A stretch of DNA of 64,000 nt. Origin: Laetmonice hystrix (taxonomy: Eukaryota). A model generated the notes under the pieces. That model saw only the letters and a list, made by a program, of their open reading frames with translations, ran no database searches and had not been told where the DNA came from. The position numbers and the translations under genes were made by a program. Numbering within the stretch: the stretch's first letter is position 1; every line of letters begins with the position of its first letter. The DNA is taken from assembly GCA_965235115.1 (NCBI GenBank), contig OZ249436.1, positions 13,950,001 through 14,014,000 of the forward strand. Direction: 5' to 3'. Of the stretch, positions 61,934-64,000 are shown in pieces.

Positions 61934-63843
61934 CAGGCTCACAACTCCGGCTGGGGAACTCGCGCCAACATTTTCAGCATGGACCAAATACCGTTCGGAC
62001 ACCGTACTTAATAAACCGGTCACTGTTTCAACCAAATACTCCAGATCACCGCGCCCAATTCACAAGTCCTGATCGGGCAAAAAGGTCAGCACTACAGACG
62101 TGAAGGTGAACGATTTCTTCTCAAGGTGTTTCCCTCAAACTCCCAACTTTAATCCTATGGGAAGAGCTTTTTACGGCCCCGCTCGATTGGCAACGTCTGT
62201 TGCGTGTTGGGTGGAATTACATCATTTTAAAAAGAAACCAACTTTGCGGGTTTTTCAATCTTTTTATCGTTCCCTGGAAGCAGACACCTGCGCTGATGTA
62301 AACTGAACACGTGGAAATTTGCTGGAATTATTGGGCCTCTGGAAAAATTGTCCTAAAAGATCTTAAAACTGCCTCACCACACACGCGGTACTTAAAATCG
62401 AATGCATAGATTTCGGAGTATGAATCGGTCCGGATTCTTTAACCAATCGAATACCGATAGAATAACCATATATCTCCAACATTACCTGTTTGAATGGACA
62501 TGGTCGTAGGTTGCCTATCTTGAGAGATTTATGAAAGCAGCTGCAACAGTGAAGGCCGATCTCAACTGAAAGATTTCTTTCCCACAAGTAAGATTTCCAA
62601 AGGGATTAGCTCGAGCTCCAAGCATTATCTGATAATCCACGTGTGGACTGGTTTAGTTTCTCTACCAGGAGAATGGCTGGACGGCGTAGTTCTACCCTGG
62701 CTCTCAGTCAGAGAGGTGTAAACATATTTAAGGTGGCAGCTTGTCCATTATGACCGTAACCTGACATGAGGTAGTGATGATATGGCCCTGTGATGGATAT
62801 TTACTGGATCCGGCAACGGTTGCCGTCGTCTGAAAACATCACACTGACAATACTGCTGCTCACAGCTTACATCCATTTGAAGGTAATTAATAAGTGCCTA
62901 TCCACTTGGAAACGTTTGGCCCCAGGCTGAGCTGATTTGATGGACTTATGTTAAGATGCAGGTGGCAAGATGGGGGAGCGACCGGAGCTGTTTATCATGG
63001 CGGCTATAGCCATCTACCAATGTGACTTTACTACCACCCATATCTACCATCATCCTTCATTCTGTTTCTATTCGCCTGCAGATCGCCTACTCTGCGTGGT
63101 GCCAGAATACCGCAACCAGAAATATACCTCTTACTTTTATTTACAACCCATAACCTTCCTCGTACATTTTTTATCTCTTCAAGATGAAAAGTACATCGCC
63201 ATTCCAAACGTCCTCCCACAGGCAATATCACCAGTAGAAATGATCTATGACATGAAACTGAAGGTTAAATATTCTGACGTATGTACATACGAGCCTGCCA
63301 ACTCTAAATGTACACCCGTGCTTAGAGTTTGTATTGCAAACCCGAAAGGTTGTTCTACAAATCGACGACCAACTGTGGTGAAATGTTACTTGGAACTACT
63401 TTTTGCGCTCTTTATTTTACACATAGGTTAAATTATTTATTTTAATGTTTCTGAAAACGAATTCTAAGATTACAATTAATCGAAATTTCTTCAGGATATA
63501 TTTGTGTGGAAGCACACAAGGTCGGACCGTTAGACATATGTATGCATGCAGTGTTTGCCTTTACAGTCGAAAAATAATATCAGAAATCACCGAGTATTAT
63601 ATTTTAGCCTTTCAGTCGACTTGGATACGTCAGCATTCAGATTTTCAAGATCTGCCGTTTGTCATCAAACGTACCTCATTGACGCTGGTTGCCGATATGA
63701 ATTAAGCAGACGTAACGGTGATGGGGAGTTTGGCTAGGCGGACAGTCGCCTCCCGAGACCAAGCCCTCAAAGTTCAAAGTGAATGTAATTGAATTCATTC
63801 CCACAACAATCATTGCACGCCTGCCAAAGTCAAAGTATTTATT

Positions 63844-64000
63844 TCTTTGTATTAATACGGCTCTGTTGTTAGCCGAATCGACATGACCCATCTTTGTATT
63901 AATACGGCTCTGCTGTTAGCCGAATCGACATGATCCATCTTTGTATTAATTATACGGCTCTGCTGTTAGCCGAATCGACATGACCCATCTTTGTATTAAT
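63844..64000. repeat. Minisatellite, 47-bp unit, running off the window end
   Basis: TCTTTGTATTAATACGGCTCTGCTGTTAGCCGAATCGACATGACCCA. Confidence 0.9.

Noticed and set aside
60580-62103. Five 420-480-aa ORFs on both strands
   Set aside because: They coincide with the 20-bp minisatellite, whose unit lacks stops in most frames; no splice context or domain.
62970-63705. 153-aa ORF and possible + strand exons (about 63184-63263, 63615 onward)
   Set aside because: Splice signals are plausible but there is no recognisable homology; indistinguishable from pseudo-exons without RNA data.
7380-64000. Tandem arrays as possible CRISPR arrays
   Set aside because: Units are contiguous with no unique spacers, there are no cas genes, and the context is intron-containing eukaryotic DNA.

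Overview
Eukaryotic (invertebrate bilaterian, probably lophotrochozoan) genomic DNA. Two + strand genes are well supported. The first is the 3' part of a cation-selective nicotinic acetylcholine receptor alpha subunit (exons 5864-5973, 9013-10030, 12568-12720; 5' exons not found in the window). The second is a complete 11-exon mitochondrial-clan cytochrome P450 of CYP10 type (21884-33233, 527 aa). About 15% of the window is minisatellite (about 13 arrays, units 20-120 bp), and most long ORFs in the supplied track are by-products of these arrays. The most striking structure is a 75-bp unit that starts inside CYP10 exon 7 and spans its 5' splice site, giving nine near-identical in-frame donors, each preceded by a K-helix (ExxR) copy. 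Several other arrays also carry donor motifs and begin in exon-like sequence, three of them in a weakly supported minus-strand exon chain (about 51.0-33.5 kb). The nAChR gene contains an apparently identical 642-bp tandem duplication that copies the acceptor and first 181 nt of its large exon. There are also several MITE-like inverted-repeat elements. No rRNA, tRNA or CRISPR array was seen.
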